Source: an uncultured delta proteobacterium
GTDB lineage: Bacteria; Myxococcota; Myxococcia; Myxococcales; Anaeromyxobacteraceae
Assembly (NCBI GenBank): GCA_963766715.1
Contig: CAVYBH010000011.1
Coordinates: forward strand, 32,001-96,000
Length of the DNA: 64,000 nucleotides
Direction of reading: 5' to 3'
Shown here: positions 12,045 through 28,426 of the stretch, piece after piece
Layout of the letters: each line of letters opens with the position of its first letter
How positions within the stretch are numbered: the stretch's first letter is position 1
Notes under the pieces: model-generated
What the model was told of the DNA's origin: nothing
The model's database searches: none
What the model saw: the letters and a program-made list of their open reading frames with translations, nothing else
Program-made: the position numbers and the translations under genes

Positions 12045-13031
12045 CTACGGGATCCCGCGCCGCCGGGCGATCGAGGCGGCCAGCCGGAGGGCGGTTCGCA
12101 TGCTGCGATCGCTGGCCGCCCGGTGCCGGCCAGGTCCCAGGCCACGCCGTGATCGGGGCTGGTGCGGACGAAGGGGAGGCCCAGGGTCACGTTGACCGCG
12201 GAGTCGCCGAGCACCGCGTCGAGCAGCTTCACCGGGATGAGCCCCTGGTCGTGGTAGAGCGCCACCACCGCGTCGAACTCGCCGGCCGCGGCCCGGAAGA
12301 AGACGCTGTCCGGGGGGAACGGACCGCGGGCGTCCATGCCGGCCGCGCGCAGGCGCTCCACCGCCGGGGTGACGACGCGCGCCTCCTCGTCGCCGAACGC
12401 GCCCCCCTCGCCGGCGTGGGGATTCAGGCCGGCCACGGCGATGCGGGGTCGCGCGATCCCGAGATCGCGGCGCAGGCCTTCCCAGGTGACCGCGGCGACG
12501 GCGGCGATCCGGGCCGGGGTGAGCCGGCGGATCGCCTCCCGCAGCGAGAGGTGGTTCGTGACCAGCGCGACCCGGAGCCGGCGCCCGGCCAGCATCATCA
12601 CGGAACGTGAACCGCCGCCCCGGGCCTCGAGCCACTCGGTGTGGCCCACGAAGCCGGGGAGCGAGCCGGCCACCTGCGCCTTGGAGAGCGGCGCGGTGCA
12701 GAGCGCCTGGGCCTGGCCGCCCGCGAGCGCCGCGAAGGCCGCCTCGAGGTAGCGCGAGGGAGGCGGCCCCGCCGGCCGGAGAGGGCTTTCCCGGGCGCCG
12801 GTCGGCCGCCGCGAGCCGGGTCACCCGGACGAGCGCGCCGCCGCGGGGGAGGGGATCCCCGGGGGCGACCACCGGGAGGTCGAGCCCGGCCCGGCGCAGG
12901 AGCCGCTCGAACGACGCGTCGCCGAAGGCCAGCGGGCTGACCCGCCCGCGCAGCGCCGCCAGCGCCGAGGCGGTCACCTCCGGCCCGATGCCGGAGGGAT
13001 CCCCGAGGCTCACGGCGACGCGGATCGGCAT
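12045..13031 (-). CDS. pdxA: 4-hydroxythreonine-4-phosphate dehydrogenase (apparent frameshifts near 12760 and 12110)
   Basis: GDPSGIGPE, TAPLSK, GHTEWL, GLNPHAGE, YHDQGLIPVK, NVTLGLPFVRTSPDHG. Confidence 0.93.
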   Translation of the reverse strand: MPIRVAVSLGDPSGIGPEVTASALAALRGRVSPLAFGDASFERLLRRAGLDLPVVAPGDPLPRGGALVRVTRLAAADRRPGKPSPAGGAASLALPRGGLRGARGRPGPGALHRAALQGAGGRLAPRLRGPHRVARGPGRRFTFRDDAGRAPAPGRAGHEPPLAAGGDPPAHPGPDRRRRRGHLGRPAPRSRDRATPHRRGRPESPRRRGGRVRRRGGARRHPGGGAPARGRHGRPRSVPPGQRLLPGRGRRVRRGGGALPRPGAHPGEAARRGARRLRGQRDPGPPLRPHQPRSRRGLGPGRHRAASDRSMRTALRLAASIARRRGIP

Positions 13032-13033
13032 GG

Positions 13034-14026
13034 CTACGACGCCGGCGAGACCTCGAGCTCCGGGATCTTGGTCTCGATCACGGCCTCGCGCTTCAGCTCC
13101 TCGATGTACTGCTTGCGGTAGATCTCGGCCTGCTGGTTCCCGATCTTCTCGCGGATGCGGTCCTTCACCTCGTCGAGCGGCGGCGCCTTGCTCGCGCGCT
13201 TGTCCTCGGCCTTCAGGATGATCCAGCCGGTCTTCGCCCGGACGAGCCCGGAGTTCTGGCCGGGCGCGAGGACGAAGGCCACCCGCTCCAGGTCGATGGG
13301 CATGGTGCCCTTCTTCACCCATCCCAGGTCGCCGCCCGACGACGCGCCGGGACCCTGGGAGACCTGCCTCGCCAGGTCCGCGAAGTCCTCCCCGGCCGCC
13401 AGCCGCGTCAGCAGGACCTCGCCGGACGCCTTGACGCGGGCGTCCTCCTCCGCGGGCGCGCCCGCCGGCACGGTGAGCAGGATGAGCCGGAGCTTCATCT
13501 GCTCCTCGCCGGCGAACTCCGAGAGGTGCGACTGGTAGTACCCGCGGATGTCGTCGTCCGACACCTTCACCCGGTTCTGCACCTTGGCCATGATGAGCAG
13601 GTGGTTCTCGAAGTCCTTCCGGAGCCGCTCGCGGTAGGCCTTCAGATCCAGCCCCTCCGAGGCCAGCGCCTGCTTCAGCATCTCGTCGGAGAGGTTGTTG
13701 CGCTTCTTCACGTCGTCGACCGCGGCGTCGATCTGGGCCTCCGTCACCTCGATGCCGAGGGTCTTCGCCTCGCCCTCGACGAGCCGCTCGGCCACGACCT
13801 GGTCGAAGGCGGACTGCAGGGCCTTGGCGCGGGCCCGGTCGCGGGAGGCGCCGGGGGGCATGGCGTCGGCGCGCCGGTACTCGGTGCCGGAACGGGCGAC
13901 GAGCTCGGAGAGGGTGACCACGTCGCCGTTCACCACGGCGGCGACGCGGTCGATCTGGCGCCTCTCCGGGGCGGTGGAGGCGGGAGCGGCCAGCAGGGCC
14001 GCCAGGAGGAGGAGGGACGGGGTCAT
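13034..14026 (-). CDS. surA: SurA-like periplasmic chaperone/parvulin
   Basis: Signal peptide, IDRVAAVVNGDVVTLSEL SurA N-domain, GGDLGW parvulin core; upstream of pdxA as in surA-pdxA operons. Confidence 0.75.
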   Translation of the reverse strand: MTPSLLLLAALLAAPASTAPERRQIDRVAAVVNGDVVTLSELVARSGTEYRRADAMPPGASRDRARAKALQSAFDQVVAERLVEGEAKTLGIEVTEAQIDAAVDDVKKRNNLSDEMLKQALASEGLDLKAYRERLRKDFENHLLIMAKVQNRVKVSDDDIRGYYQSHLSEFAGEEQMKLRLILLTVPAGAPAEEDARVKASGEVLLTRLAAGEDFADLARQVSQGPGASSGGDLGWVKKGTMPIDLERVAFVLAPGQNSGLVRAKTGWIILKAEDKRASKAPPLDEVKDRIREKIGNQQAEIYRKQYIEELKREAVIETKIPELEVSPAS

Positions 14027-14974
14027 CAAGGTTTCACCGATGCGACGGCCGCGGGGTCGATCTCGGATCTTCGCCCGGGCCCGGAGGGCGGCCACGTAAT
14101 CCTCCTGGGCCTTCGCCCGCCGCTCCCGCAGGAGCCGGGCGGCGATGACCGGCCGGGCCTGCTCGAGCGTGCGGCTGGACGGGGACTTCTTCTCGAGCAC
14201 CTGGAACACGTGGAAGCCGAACGGGGACGGCACCACGTCGGAGATGGCGTTCGGCGACAGGCGGAAGCAGACGTCGAACACCTCGGGCATGCCCTGCCCC
14301 TTGCCGAACCAGCCCAGGTCGCCGCCGCGCTTTCCCTCCGGGGCGATGGAGGCCCGGCTGGCGACGTCGGGGAAGGAGGCCGGCTTGCGGCGGACTTCCT
14401 CCCGGAGCTTGGCCGCCTCCTCCCGGGTGCGCACCACGATCTGCCGCGCGTGCACCCGCTCCGGCTCGTCGAACTCGGCGGCGTGGTCGGCGAAGTAGCG
14501 CGCCACGTCGCCGTCCTGGACCTCCACCCGCGAGAAGACCTCCTCGCGGAAGAGCTTCTCCACCGTGAGCTGATCCCGGAGCCGGGCGCGGAGCTCGGCC
14601 ACCGACAGCCGCTCCTGGGCGAGCAGGTCGTCGAAGGCCGTCCCGGGGTACTCGGCCCGGATGGCCAGGAAGGCCCGCTCGACCTGGTCCGGAGCCACCT
14701 CGATGCCCCGGGACCTGGCCTGCTGCAGGAGGAGCGTCCGGGACACCAGGTCGTCGAGGACGCTCGACTTCAGCACGTCGGTGGGACCGTTGCCCTCGCC
14801 GCCGCCGACCCGGAGCTGCTGCAGCTCCCGCTCGAAGGAGGCGCGCGAGACCGGCTCGCCGTTCACCACCGCCACCGGGGCGGGACCCGCGCCCTCCCCG
14901 CCGGACTTGCCGGATCGGCAGCCGGCGGCGAGAAGGGCGAGGAGCAGCCCGGCGATGGCGGCGGGACGACGCAA
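14026..14974 (-). CDS. PpiC/PrsA-type peptidyl-prolyl isomerase lipoprotein (apparent +1 error near 14065)
   Basis: Lipobox LAAG-C, VAVVNGEPV, RVHARQIVV, GGDLGWF, SPFGFHVF. Confidence 0.85.
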
Positions 14975-14975
14975 C

Positions 14976-16022
14976 TTACTTCTGGGCCGGGGGAGCAGCC
15001 TGGGGAGGCGGCATGGACGGGCGGGGCGCGGCGCCCGGGGGCATGCCACCGGGGGGCATCCCACCCGGCATCCCGCCGGGCTGCATTCCGGGCATCCCCG
15101 GACCGCCTGCAGGCGCGGCCGTGACGGTCACCTTCTCGAGCTCGGCGTCGTTCACCGTGATCTTGGCCTCTTCGCGGAGCCGCTTCACGTACTCGTCGAA
15201 CTCGCGGGTGCGCTTCTCGCGCTGCAGGCGGGACTGGATCTGGGGCTTCACCTGGTCGAGGGAGCGGGAGACCCCTTCCTGCCGGCCGGTGACGCGGATG
15301 ATCCAGAAGCCCTGCGCCCCCTCGACGATCACGTCCTCGCCGTCCTTGGTGGCGAAGGCGGCGGCGGCGAGCGCCGGGCCGAACTGCTTGGCGTACTCGT
15401 CCTGCGACCGGAAGCCGAGGTCGCCGCCCGAGGACTTGGTGGCGACGTCGTCCGACGTCGCGCGCGCCAGCGTCTGCAGCGCCTGGGGGTCCTTCTTCTC
15501 GGCGGTCTTCAGCTGCGCGAGGACCTTCTTCGCCTGGGCCGACTTCGCCGCCCGGTCCTTGTCGGTCGCGGCGACGAGCAGGCCGGCGACGCGCACGCGG
15601 GCCGGCTTCACGAAGTCGTCCTTGTGCTCGTCGTAGAACTTCTGGACGTCGGCGTCCGGGATCTCCTTCGCGGCGTCGCCCTCGGCGAACTTCTTCGCGA
15701 TGAGCTTCTGGACCATGGCCTTCTTCATGGCGTTCTGGACGTCGGGATCGTTCTGGAGCCCCTCCTTCTCGGCGGCGTGGGCGAGCAGCTCGATCTTCAG
15801 CATGCTGTCGAGGAACTCCTTCTTCCGGTCCAGGTTCTGGTAGCGCTGCCGGAGGAAGGGGGACTGCTCGTCGAGCCGGGCCTTGTACTCGGTCACGGTG
15901 ATGACGATCCCGTCGCCCTGGGCGACGGCAGGCCCGCTCTTCTGGGAGCCGGGAGGGGTGGGCTTGCAGCCGGTCACGGCGAGGGCAACGGCGATTCCGG
16001 TCGCGACGAGTGCGCGCGTCAT
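14976..16022 (-). CDS. PpiC/PrsA-type foldase lipoprotein with a Pro/Gly/Met-rich tail
   Basis: Lipobox AVTG-C, SDDVATKSSGGDLGF parvulin core, NC-domain helices. Confidence 0.8.
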   Translation of the reverse strand: MTRALVATGIAVALAVTGCKPTPPGSQKSGPAVAQGDGIVITVTEYKARLDEQSPFLRQRYQNLDRKKEFLDSMLKIELLAHAAEKEGLQNDPDVQNAMKKAMVQKLIAKKFAEGDAAKEIPDADVQKFYDEHKDDFVKPARVRVAGLLVAATDKDRAAKSAQAKKVLAQLKTAEKKDPQALQTLARATSDDVATKSSGGDLGFRSQDEYAKQFGPALAAAAFATKDGEDVIVEGAQGFWIIRVTGRQEGVSRSLDQVKPQIQSRLQREKRTREFDEYVKRLREEAKITVNDAELEKVTVTAAPAGGPGMPGMQPGGMPGGMPPGGMPPGAAPRPSMPPPQAAPPAQK

Positions 16023-16151
16023 CTTGAGGGAAGCTCCTGTGTTCGTTGGGTGAGAAAGGCTGTCCCGGGACAACCCCCGGCATGGCGCCGACGTTCCCGG
16101 GCCAGCCGCGGGAAAAAACCACGAAATCGCGCGGGGATCAAGGATCGCGGC

Positions 16152-19853
<3,702 letters not shown>

Positions 19854-19966
19854 GGCGGCCCGGTGCTTAACACGGGATCGCCGGCAAAGCGGGGCCGGGT
19901 CGGGTGTTGTTGATCGGAGGAGGGGGGGTCGATACACTTCCCTCTCCGCACCTGGAGCCCCTCGCC

Positions 19967-20665
19967 ATGCCGCTTCCCCGCATCCTCCGGCCGTTCCTCC
20001 TCCCGGCGCTCGCCCTCGTGGCGGCGTGCGGTGGGCAGGAGCCGTCGGTCCGGGCGGGCGGCGCCCCGGTCACGGGCGTGCTGGTGCAGGCCGCCGGGCC
20101 GGGGACGTCCGAGCTTCGCGCCGGCCAGCTGGCCGCGGCGCGCAGCGGGTTCGAGTCGGTGGTCCGCTCCGACCCCGAGCGGATGGACGCGCTCAACGAC
20201 CTGGCCGTGGCCTATCACCTGGAGGGGCACCAGGAAGCGGCGCGGCAGCTCCTCGACGAGGTGGTGGTCCGCGGGGCGCCTCGCGAGCAGCAGGCGGCGC
20301 TGGTGAACCTGGCCGACCTCTACTCGAACGAGGGCTACCTCCAGGCCGCGCAGGCCCACCTGGAGACGGCTCGCGAGATCGACGCCGCGCGGGCCGAGCC
20401 GGTGTACGCGCTCGCCCTGCTCGCCGACGCCCGGGGCGAGGCCGATGCGGGCCGGCTGGTGGCCGAGGCCTTGCGCCTCGACCCCGACGGCGCGGCGCGC
20501 CGGTTCCTCGTCTTCACGTCGCCCGAGGCCCGCGTCCACTTCGAGGCGCTCCTCGCCGAGGCCGCCGGCGACCGCCCGCTCGCCCAGGCCCGCTGGCGCG
20601 AGCTCCGCGCCGGCCGCGTGCCCGCCCTGTCCCAGGCGGCGCTGCGCCACCTCGAGGAACCGTAG
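19967..20665 (+). CDS. TPR-repeat lipoprotein
   Basis: Lipobox LVAA-C; TPR-like ALNDLAVAY..., ALVNLADLY... Confidence 0.75.
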   Translation: MPLPRILRPFLLPALALVAACGGQEPSVRAGGAPVTGVLVQAAGPGTSELRAGQLAAARSGFESVVRSDPERMDALNDLAVAYHLEGHQEAARQLLDEVVVRGAPREQQAALVNLADLYSNEGYLQAAQAHLETAREIDAARAEPVYALALLADARGEADAGRLVAEALRLDPDGAARRFLVFTSPEARVHFEALLAEAAGDRPLAQARWRELRAGRVPALSQAALRHLEEP

Positions 20666-20672
20666 CCGCCCC

Positions 20673-21722
20673 ATGCCGTCCCCCGAGCACGAGCTGAGCC
20701 GGCGGGAGCGCGAGATCCTTCGCGCCATCGTGCAGGACCACATCCAGACCGGCGAGCCGGTGGCGAGCCAGACGCTCCTGTCCCGGCACGACCTCGACGT
20801 CTCGCCGGCCACGGTCCGCAGCGTCATGGCCGACCTCGAGGCGCTCGGGCTCCTCGAGAAGCCGCACACCTCCGCCGGCCGGGTTCCCACCTCGGCGGGC
20901 TACCGGCTCTTCGTCGACCTGCTCGTCAAGGTGCGGCCGCCCTCCTCCGCCGACCGGGAGCGCATCGAGATGGTGGCGCAGGGAGCGCCCGCGGTGGACA
21001 GCCTGCTGGGCCGCACCGCCGAGCTGCTTCACTCGCTGTCACAGCACGTGGGCGTGGTGTCGACCCCGCGCGCCCTCTCCGATCCCACGCGCCACGTGGA
21101 GTTCGTCCGGCTGCGGGAGAACCGCGTGCTGGCGGTCTTCGTCTCCCGGGCCGGCCTGGTGACGAACAAGCTCGTGCAGCTCGAGGTCCCCCACACCGAC
21201 GCCGAGCTCGAGCAGGCCGCCGCCTACCTCTCCGAGAAGCTGGAGCGGACCGGGTTCGAGGGGTTGCGCGACGCCATCCTCGCCGACATGCGGGCCGACG
21301 AGACCGCGCTGCGCGACCTGATGGGCAAGGCGCTGCGCCTGGCCGAGCGGGCGCTCCCCGTGCCGGGGCCGGAGCGCGTGCTGGTGGACGGGGAGGTCAC
21401 CTTCCTCGACGCCCCCGAGTTCGCCGACATGGGCAAGGCCCGCGCGCTCCTGCGCACCTTCGCCGAGAAGGACCGGATCCTGCGCGTGCTCGACCGGGTG
21501 CTCCAGGCCCGCGAGATGCAGATCTTCATCGGGGCGGAGAGCGAGCTGGCCTCCACCTCCGACGTGTCGGTGGTGGCCGCCCCGTACGTCCGCGACGGGC
21601 TGGTCCTGGGCGCGCTGGCCGTCATCGGCCCGACCCGGATGGATTACGGCCGGGTGATTCCCCTCGTCGACCTGACCGCGCGCGAGATCTCCCGGGCCCT
21701 GTCGGCCACCGACCGGACCTGA
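20673..21722 (+). CDS. hrcA: Heat-inducible transcription repressor HrcA
   Basis: [18 protein letters not shown]...[13 protein letters not shown]...[22 protein letters not shown]. Confidence 0.97.
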   Translation: MPSPEHELSRREREILRAIVQDHIQTGEPVASQTLLSRHDLDVSPATVRSVMADLEALGLLEKPHTSAGRVPTSAGYRLFVDLLVKVRPPSSADRERIEMVAQGAPAVDSLLGRTAELLHSLSQHVGVVSTPRALSDPTRHVEFVRLRENRVLAVFVSRAGLVTNKLVQLEVPHTDAELEQAAAYLSEKLERTGFEGLRDAILADMRADETALRDLMGKALRLAERALPVPGPERVLVDGEVTFLDAPEFADMGKARALLRTFAEKDRILRVLDRVLQAREMQIFIGAESELASTSDVSVVAAPYVRDGLVLGALAVIGPTRMDYGRVIPLVDLTAREISRALSATDRT

Positions 21723-21847
21723 CCGGCCCCTCCCGCGTACCTTTCCCCTGACGTACCGAGCACTTGCGCACCCCGTTTCTTGCTCGCAGCCAGACCCATG
21801 TGACATATTCGGGGTTCACGCCGCACCGGAAGCCGCCCGAGCCACGC

Positions 21848-22471
21848 ATGCCAGGAACCGGAGAAAAAGGGAGCTTTGCCGCGGACATCCCGGCCTCCGT
21901 CCTCGAGGAGGCGCTGAAGAGCGTGACGAAGCACGACCCCGCCGAGCCGGCCCCGGATCCCGCGGTGGCCGAGGTGGAGGTGGAGGCGCCCGCCCCGGAC
22001 CTCGACGGCGAGCTGAAGCGGCTCGAGGGCGAGCTGGCGGCCGAGCACGACCGGCTGCTCCGGACCGCCGCCGACCTGGACAACTTCCGGAAGCGGGTGA
22101 CTCGCGAGCGGGACGACGCGGCGCGCCACGCCGCCGGCCCGGTGGTGAAGGACCTCCTCCCGGCGATCGACAACCTGGAGCGGGCGCTCGCCGCCGCGCC
22201 CCCGAACGACCCGCTCGCCGAGGGGATCCGCATGGTGCTCCGGCAGGTCGAGGAGGCGCTGGCCCGCCACGGCGTGCAGCCGCAGAGCGCGCTGGGCGCC
22301 ACCTTCGATCCCGCGCTGCACGAGGCGCTGGCCACGGTCCCGTCGGCCGACGCCGCGCCGGGCTCGGTGGTGGCGGAGCACGGGCGGGCCTGGCTGCACC
22401 ACGGGCGGCTCCTCCGCCCCGCGATGGTGGCGGTGGCGGCGCAGGCGCCCACGGGCGAGGACGGGGGGTAG
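21848..22471 (+). CDS. grpE: Nucleotide exchange factor GrpE
   Basis: RTAADLDNFRKR, LLPAIDNLERAL, FDPALHEA, RLLRPAMVAV. Confidence 0.96.
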   Translation: MPGTGEKGSFAADIPASVLEEALKSVTKHDPAEPAPDPAVAEVEVEAPAPDLDGELKRLEGELAAEHDRLLRTAADLDNFRKRVTRERDDAARHAAGPVVKDLLPAIDNLERALAAAPPNDPLAEGIRMVLRQVEEALARHGVQPQSALGATFDPALHEALATVPSADAAPGSVVAEHGRAWLHHGRLLRPAMVAVAAQAPTGEDGG

Positions 22472-22477
22472 CGCGGG

Positions 22478-24316
<1,839 letters not shown>

Positions 24317-24382
24317 GGAGAGCCGTCGTTCGCCCTGGACTTGCCCCGACGTTCCGGGGCATTAGGTTCGCCGAGATCCCCG

Positions 24383-25498
24383 ATGAGTTCCGAGAAAAGA
24401 GACTTCTACGAGGTGCTGGGCGTCGAGCGCACGGCCTCCGGCGACGAGATCCGCACGGCGTTCCGCCGTCTCGCCATGGAGTTCCACCCCGACCGCAACC
24501 CCGGCAACCACGCCGCGGAGGAGCGGTTCAAGGAGGTGGCCGAGGCCTACGACGTCCTCTGCGACCCCGAGAAGCGCGTCCGCTACGACCGCTTCGGCAG
24601 CGCCCAGGGCTTCGATCCCTTCGCGGGCTTCGCCGGCGGCGGCGCCACCAGCATCAACGACATCTTCGGGGAGATCTTCGGGGAGGTCTTCGGGGCCCAC
24701 CGCCGCGGCCAGCGCCGCGCCCGGGGAGCGGACCTCCGCTACAACCTCGAGCTGTCCTTCGAGGAGGCGGCCTTCGGCACCACCTCGCGCATCGAGCTCT
24801 CCCGGCCCCGGCGATGCGAGACCTGCAAGGGAAGCGGCGCCAAGCCGGGGACCCAGCCCAAGCAGTGCCCCACCTGCCGCGGCTCCGGCGAGATCCGGGT
24901 GCAGCAGGGCTTCTTCGCCATCTCCCGCACCTGCGGCCAGTGCCGCGGCGAGGGGAAGATCATCACCGACCGCTGCACGACCTGCGGCGGGGCGGGGGGC
25001 GTGGCCGAGAAGTCGATGGTCGACGTGAAGGTCCCGCCCGGCGTCGACAGCGGCACCCGCCTCAAGCTGCGCGGGGAAGGGGAGCCGGCGCCGTCGCCCT
25101 CCGGCGAGGCCGGCGACCTCTACGTGGTGGTCGAGGTGCGCGAGCACTCCATCTTCCGCCGGCAGGACACCGAGGTGGTGTGCGAGCTGCCCATCTCCAT
25201 CGCGCAGGCCGCGCTCGGGGCCTCGGTGGACGTGCCCACCCTCGACGGCCCGCACAAGCTCAAGATCCCGGCCGGGACGCAGCCCGGCAAGACCTTCCGG
25301 CTGAAGGGCAAGGGGATCGCGCCGCTGGGCGGCGGCTCCCGCGGCGACCAGCACGTGCAGATCCAGGTGGAGATCCCGACCCACCTCTCGAAGGAGCAGC
25401 GGGAGCTGCTCGAGCGCTTCGCGGCCCTCTCCGGCGAGGAGACCCACCCTGCGGCCAGCCGCTTCTGGAGCAAGGTGGCGGACCTGCTGGGCAAGTAG
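24383..25498 (+). CDS. dnaJ: Co-chaperone DnaJ (class A)
   Basis: J-domain HPD, G/F region, four CxxCxGxG repeats, C-terminal substrate-binding domains. Confidence 0.97.
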   Translation: MSSEKRDFYEVLGVERTASGDEIRTAFRRLAMEFHPDRNPGNHAAEERFKEVAEAYDVLCDPEKRVRYDRFGSAQGFDPFAGFAGGGATSINDIFGEIFGEVFGAHRRGQRRARGADLRYNLELSFEEAAFGTTSRIELSRPRRCETCKGSGAKPGTQPKQCPTCRGSGEIRVQQGFFAISRTCGQCRGEGKIITDRCTTCGGAGGVAEKSMVDVKVPPGVDSGTRLKLRGEGEPAPSPSGEAGDLYVVVEVREHSIFRRQDTEVVCELPISIAQAALGASVDVPTLDGPHKLKIPAGTQPGKTFRLKGKGIAPLGGGSRGDQHVQIQVEIPTHLSKEQRELLERFAALSGEETHPAASRFWSKVADLLGK

Positions 25499-25548
25499 GG
25501 CTCCTGGCCTTCCGCCGGGGGCGGCGTTCTTATAGAAGAGCGGGATCC

Positions 25549-27481
25549 ATGCGCGTTTCCCTTCCGGCTGCCGTCGCCGCGCTGCTCGCAGCGGCCTGTG
25601 CGACCACCCAGCCCGCCGCTCGTCCCGGCGGGCTCCCGTCCGCCCCCGTCGCCACCGCTCCCTCCGCCGCCGCCGCCACCGAGCTCGCGAAGCTCCGGGC
25701 GGCCGCCGCCTCCACGCCGCCCGCCAGGAGCGCCGAGGCCTTCGAGAAGCTGGCGCGCACCTCCCCCGCCGCCGCCGAGGCGCCGGAGGCGCTCGACGAG
25801 GCGGCCCGGGCCTGGATGAAGGCGAAGCAGCCGGCGCGCGCCGCCGCCGACTGGGCGGAGCTCCTGTCCCGCTACCCGCTCTGGCCGCGAGCCGACGAGG
25901 CCGCGGTGCGCTACGGACTCGCCGAGATCGAGGCCGGGCAGGGCGCCCGGGGCATGCAGACCCTCGTCGCAGGCCTGGGAGGAGACCCCGGCGCCCAAGC
26001 GGGGCAACCTGGCCCTGCGCATCGCCGACGCCGCCGAGGCCGGCCGCAACTGGCCGCTGGCCGCGCGCTGGCGCGCCGAGGCCGCCGGCTACCTCCCCGC
26101 CGCCGAGCGCGACCGGGAGATGGCGCGGGCCCAGGAGATCGTGGCGACGAAGCTCTCGCCCCAGGAGGTCGAGGCGCTGGCCGCCGAGGTCCCGAAGGGG
26201 AGCGCGCTCGGGGTGGCGCTGGCCGCCCGGGCGACGGCGAGGACCGCCGCCGTGGCCGGGACGATCGGCGTGGCGGTGCCCCTCTCCGGCAAGTTCAAGG
26301 CCTGGGGCGAGGCCATCCTCCAGGGCGTGGCGCTCGCCATCCCCGAGGGCGGCCCGATCCGCGTGGTGTCCAAGGACACCCGCGGTGAACCGGACGGCGC
26401 GGCCGAGGCGGTGGCGCAGCTCGCCGCCGAGGGGGCCGTGGCCATCGTGGGCGGCGTGACCAACGCCGAGGCGCTGCGGGCGGCCACCGCGGCCCAGCAG
26501 GCCGGCGTGCCGCTCCTGTCGCTCTCCAAGGTGGACGGCGTCGCCGACGGGCGCCCCTACGTCTTCCGGCTCATGCTGACGGCCCCGGCGCAGGCCCAGG
26601 CGCTCGCCGAGTTCGCCATCGCGCGGCGCGGGCTGCGGAAGGTGGTGGTCCTCTACCCGGAGATCCCCTACGGCACCGAGCTCCGCACCGCCTTCGGCGC
26701 CGAGGTCGAGGCCCGGGGCGGGTCGATCCAGCGGGCCGTCGGCTACGAGGGCGACCGGGCCAACTTCGCACCCATGGTGAAGGAGCTGGTGGGGCGCAGC
26801 CAGGTGGAGCAGCGGGCCGACTGGCGCGAGGCGTCCCGCGCCATCACCAAGGAGATCACCGACCCGTACCGGCGCGCCAAGGCCCTCGAGAAGGCCCGCA
26901 AGGAGCTGCCGCCCATCATCGAGTTCGACGCGGTCTTCGTCCCCGACTTCGCGCGGAGCGTGACCCTGCTCGCGCCGACGCTGGCGGTGGAGGACGTGGT
27001 CACCGCCTGCGACCCGCACGAGATCGAGCGCATCCAGAAGGTGAGCCCCTGGACCGTGAAGCCGGTCCTCCTGCTCGGCGCCAACGGGTGGGACGACCCG
27101 GCCATCGTGGAGAAGGCCGGCAAGTACGTGGAGTGCGCGGTCTTCGTCGACGGCTTCTTCGCCGGGTCGGAGCGCACCGAGACGAGGAAGTTCGTCGAGG
27201 CCTTCCAGATGGCCAACGCCCGGTCGCCCTCGATCCTCGAGGCCAGCGCCTACGACGCCGCGCGCATGGTCGCCTCGGCGATGCGGCGGGGCGTCTCCGG
27301 CCGCGCCGAGATGCGCGAGGCGCTCGCCCGCCAGGCCCCGTTCCCCGGCGCCACCGGCGACGTGACCTTCGACGCGCGCGGGGAGCCGGTGCGCAGCCTC
27401 TTCTTCCTCACGGTCGACCGGGGCGCCATCCGGGAGATGCGCCCCGAGGAGATCCCGGGCGCGCCGGCGACGGCTCCCTGA
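25549..27481 (+). CDS. LppC/LpoA-like lipoprotein with an N-terminal TPR region and a C-terminal periplasmic-binding fold (apparent frameshift near 25970)
   Basis: Lipobox LAAA-C; IGVAVPLSGKF..WGE, FDAVFVPD, EASAYDAA, FPGATGDVTFD. Confidence 0.8.
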
Positions 27482-27490
27482 TCGACGGAC

Positions 27491-28426
27491 GTGGAGGAGA
27501 CCATCCACATCGCGCCCCCGAGGCGCCGCCTGCCCTGGTGGAACGCGCTGCTCTTCCTGGCGACCGTGGGGACCACCGTCCTCTGCGGCGCCGGCTTCGC
27601 CGGCTACGACGCGGACGGCCTCCCGGGCCTCGTGCTCGCGGGCCTCTCCTACTCGGGCGCGATCCTCGCCATCCTGCTGGCGCACGAGATGGGCCACTAC
27701 CTGCAGGCCCGGGCCTGGCGGGTGGACACCACGCTCCCCTTCTTCATCCCCGTGCCGACGAGCTTCGGCACCCTGGGCGCGCTCATCCGGCTGCGCTCCC
27801 CCATCCCGTCGCGCGACGCCGTGCTCGACATCGGCGCCGCCGGCCCCATCGCCGGCGCCCTGGTCGCGATTCCCCTCTACGTCTGGGGGCTCGCCCACTC
27901 GGAGGTTCGCGCGGTGGGGGAGATGGCCGTCTCCAACACCGGGTCGGCCTGGTCCATCGCCCAGGCCCTGCTGCACGGGGAGAAGCTCTCCTGGGGCGGC
28001 GACGCCATGGTCTTCGGGGACAGCCTGCTCACCACGGCCCTGCAGCGGCTGGTGATCGGGCCGCTCGCCCCGGGGACCGACGTCTTCGTGCACCCGGTGG
28101 CGCTGGCGGCCTGGCTGGGGCTGTTCGTCACCACCCTGAACCTCATCCCCATCGGCCAGCTCGACGGCGGGCACGTGACCTACGCCTGGCTGGGCGAGCG
28201 CGGCGCGCTGCGCCTCTCCCGCCTGCTCTCCTGGGCGCTGCTCGCCGCCGGCCTCCTCGTCTCGCTCAACTGGCTCGTCTGGTGGCTGCTCACCCGGCTG
28301 GTCATCGGGCTCCGCCACCCGCCCGCGATGATCGACGAGCCCATCACGCCGGGGCGCCGCGCGGTGGCGCTGGCGTCGATCCTGCTCTTCGTCGTCACCT
28401 TCGTCCCCGTGCCCATCCGGCTGTGA
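27491..28426 (+). CDS. Site-2 (M50) intramembrane metalloprotease
   Basis: HEMGH, FGTLGA, AAGPIAG, NLIPIGQLDGGH. Confidence 0.93.
   Translation: MEETIHIAPPRRRLPWWNALLFLATVGTTVLCGAGFAGYDADGLPGLVLAGLSYSGAILAILLAHEMGHYLQARAWRVDTTLPFFIPVPTSFGTLGALIRLRSPIPSRDAVLDIGAAGPIAGALVAIPLYVWGLAHSEVRAVGEMAVSNTGSAWSIAQALLHGEKLSWGGDAMVFGDSLLTTALQRLVIGPLAPGTDVFVHPVALAAWLGLFVTTLNLIPIGQLDGGHVTYAWLGERGALRLSRLLSWALLAAGLLVSLNWLVWWLLTRLVIGLRHPPAMIDEPITPGRRAVALASILLFVVTFVPVPIRL

Noticed and set aside
13034..15064. Apparent 676-aa double-parvulin fusion in the ORF track
   Set aside because: One extra base near 14065 joins two genes. The second has its own ATG, signal peptide and TGATG overlap.
16093..16118. Hairpin TTCCCG...CGGGAA with an A-run between mfd and the foldase gene
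   Set aside because: The U-tract would precede the stem on the transcribed (minus) strand, so it does not fit an intrinsic terminator.
21757..21786. CIRCE-like inverted repeat CGAGCA-N18-TGCTCG
   Set aside because: Not called as a CIRCE feature because the spacing and inner bases do not fit the consensus; kept only as a low-interest finding.
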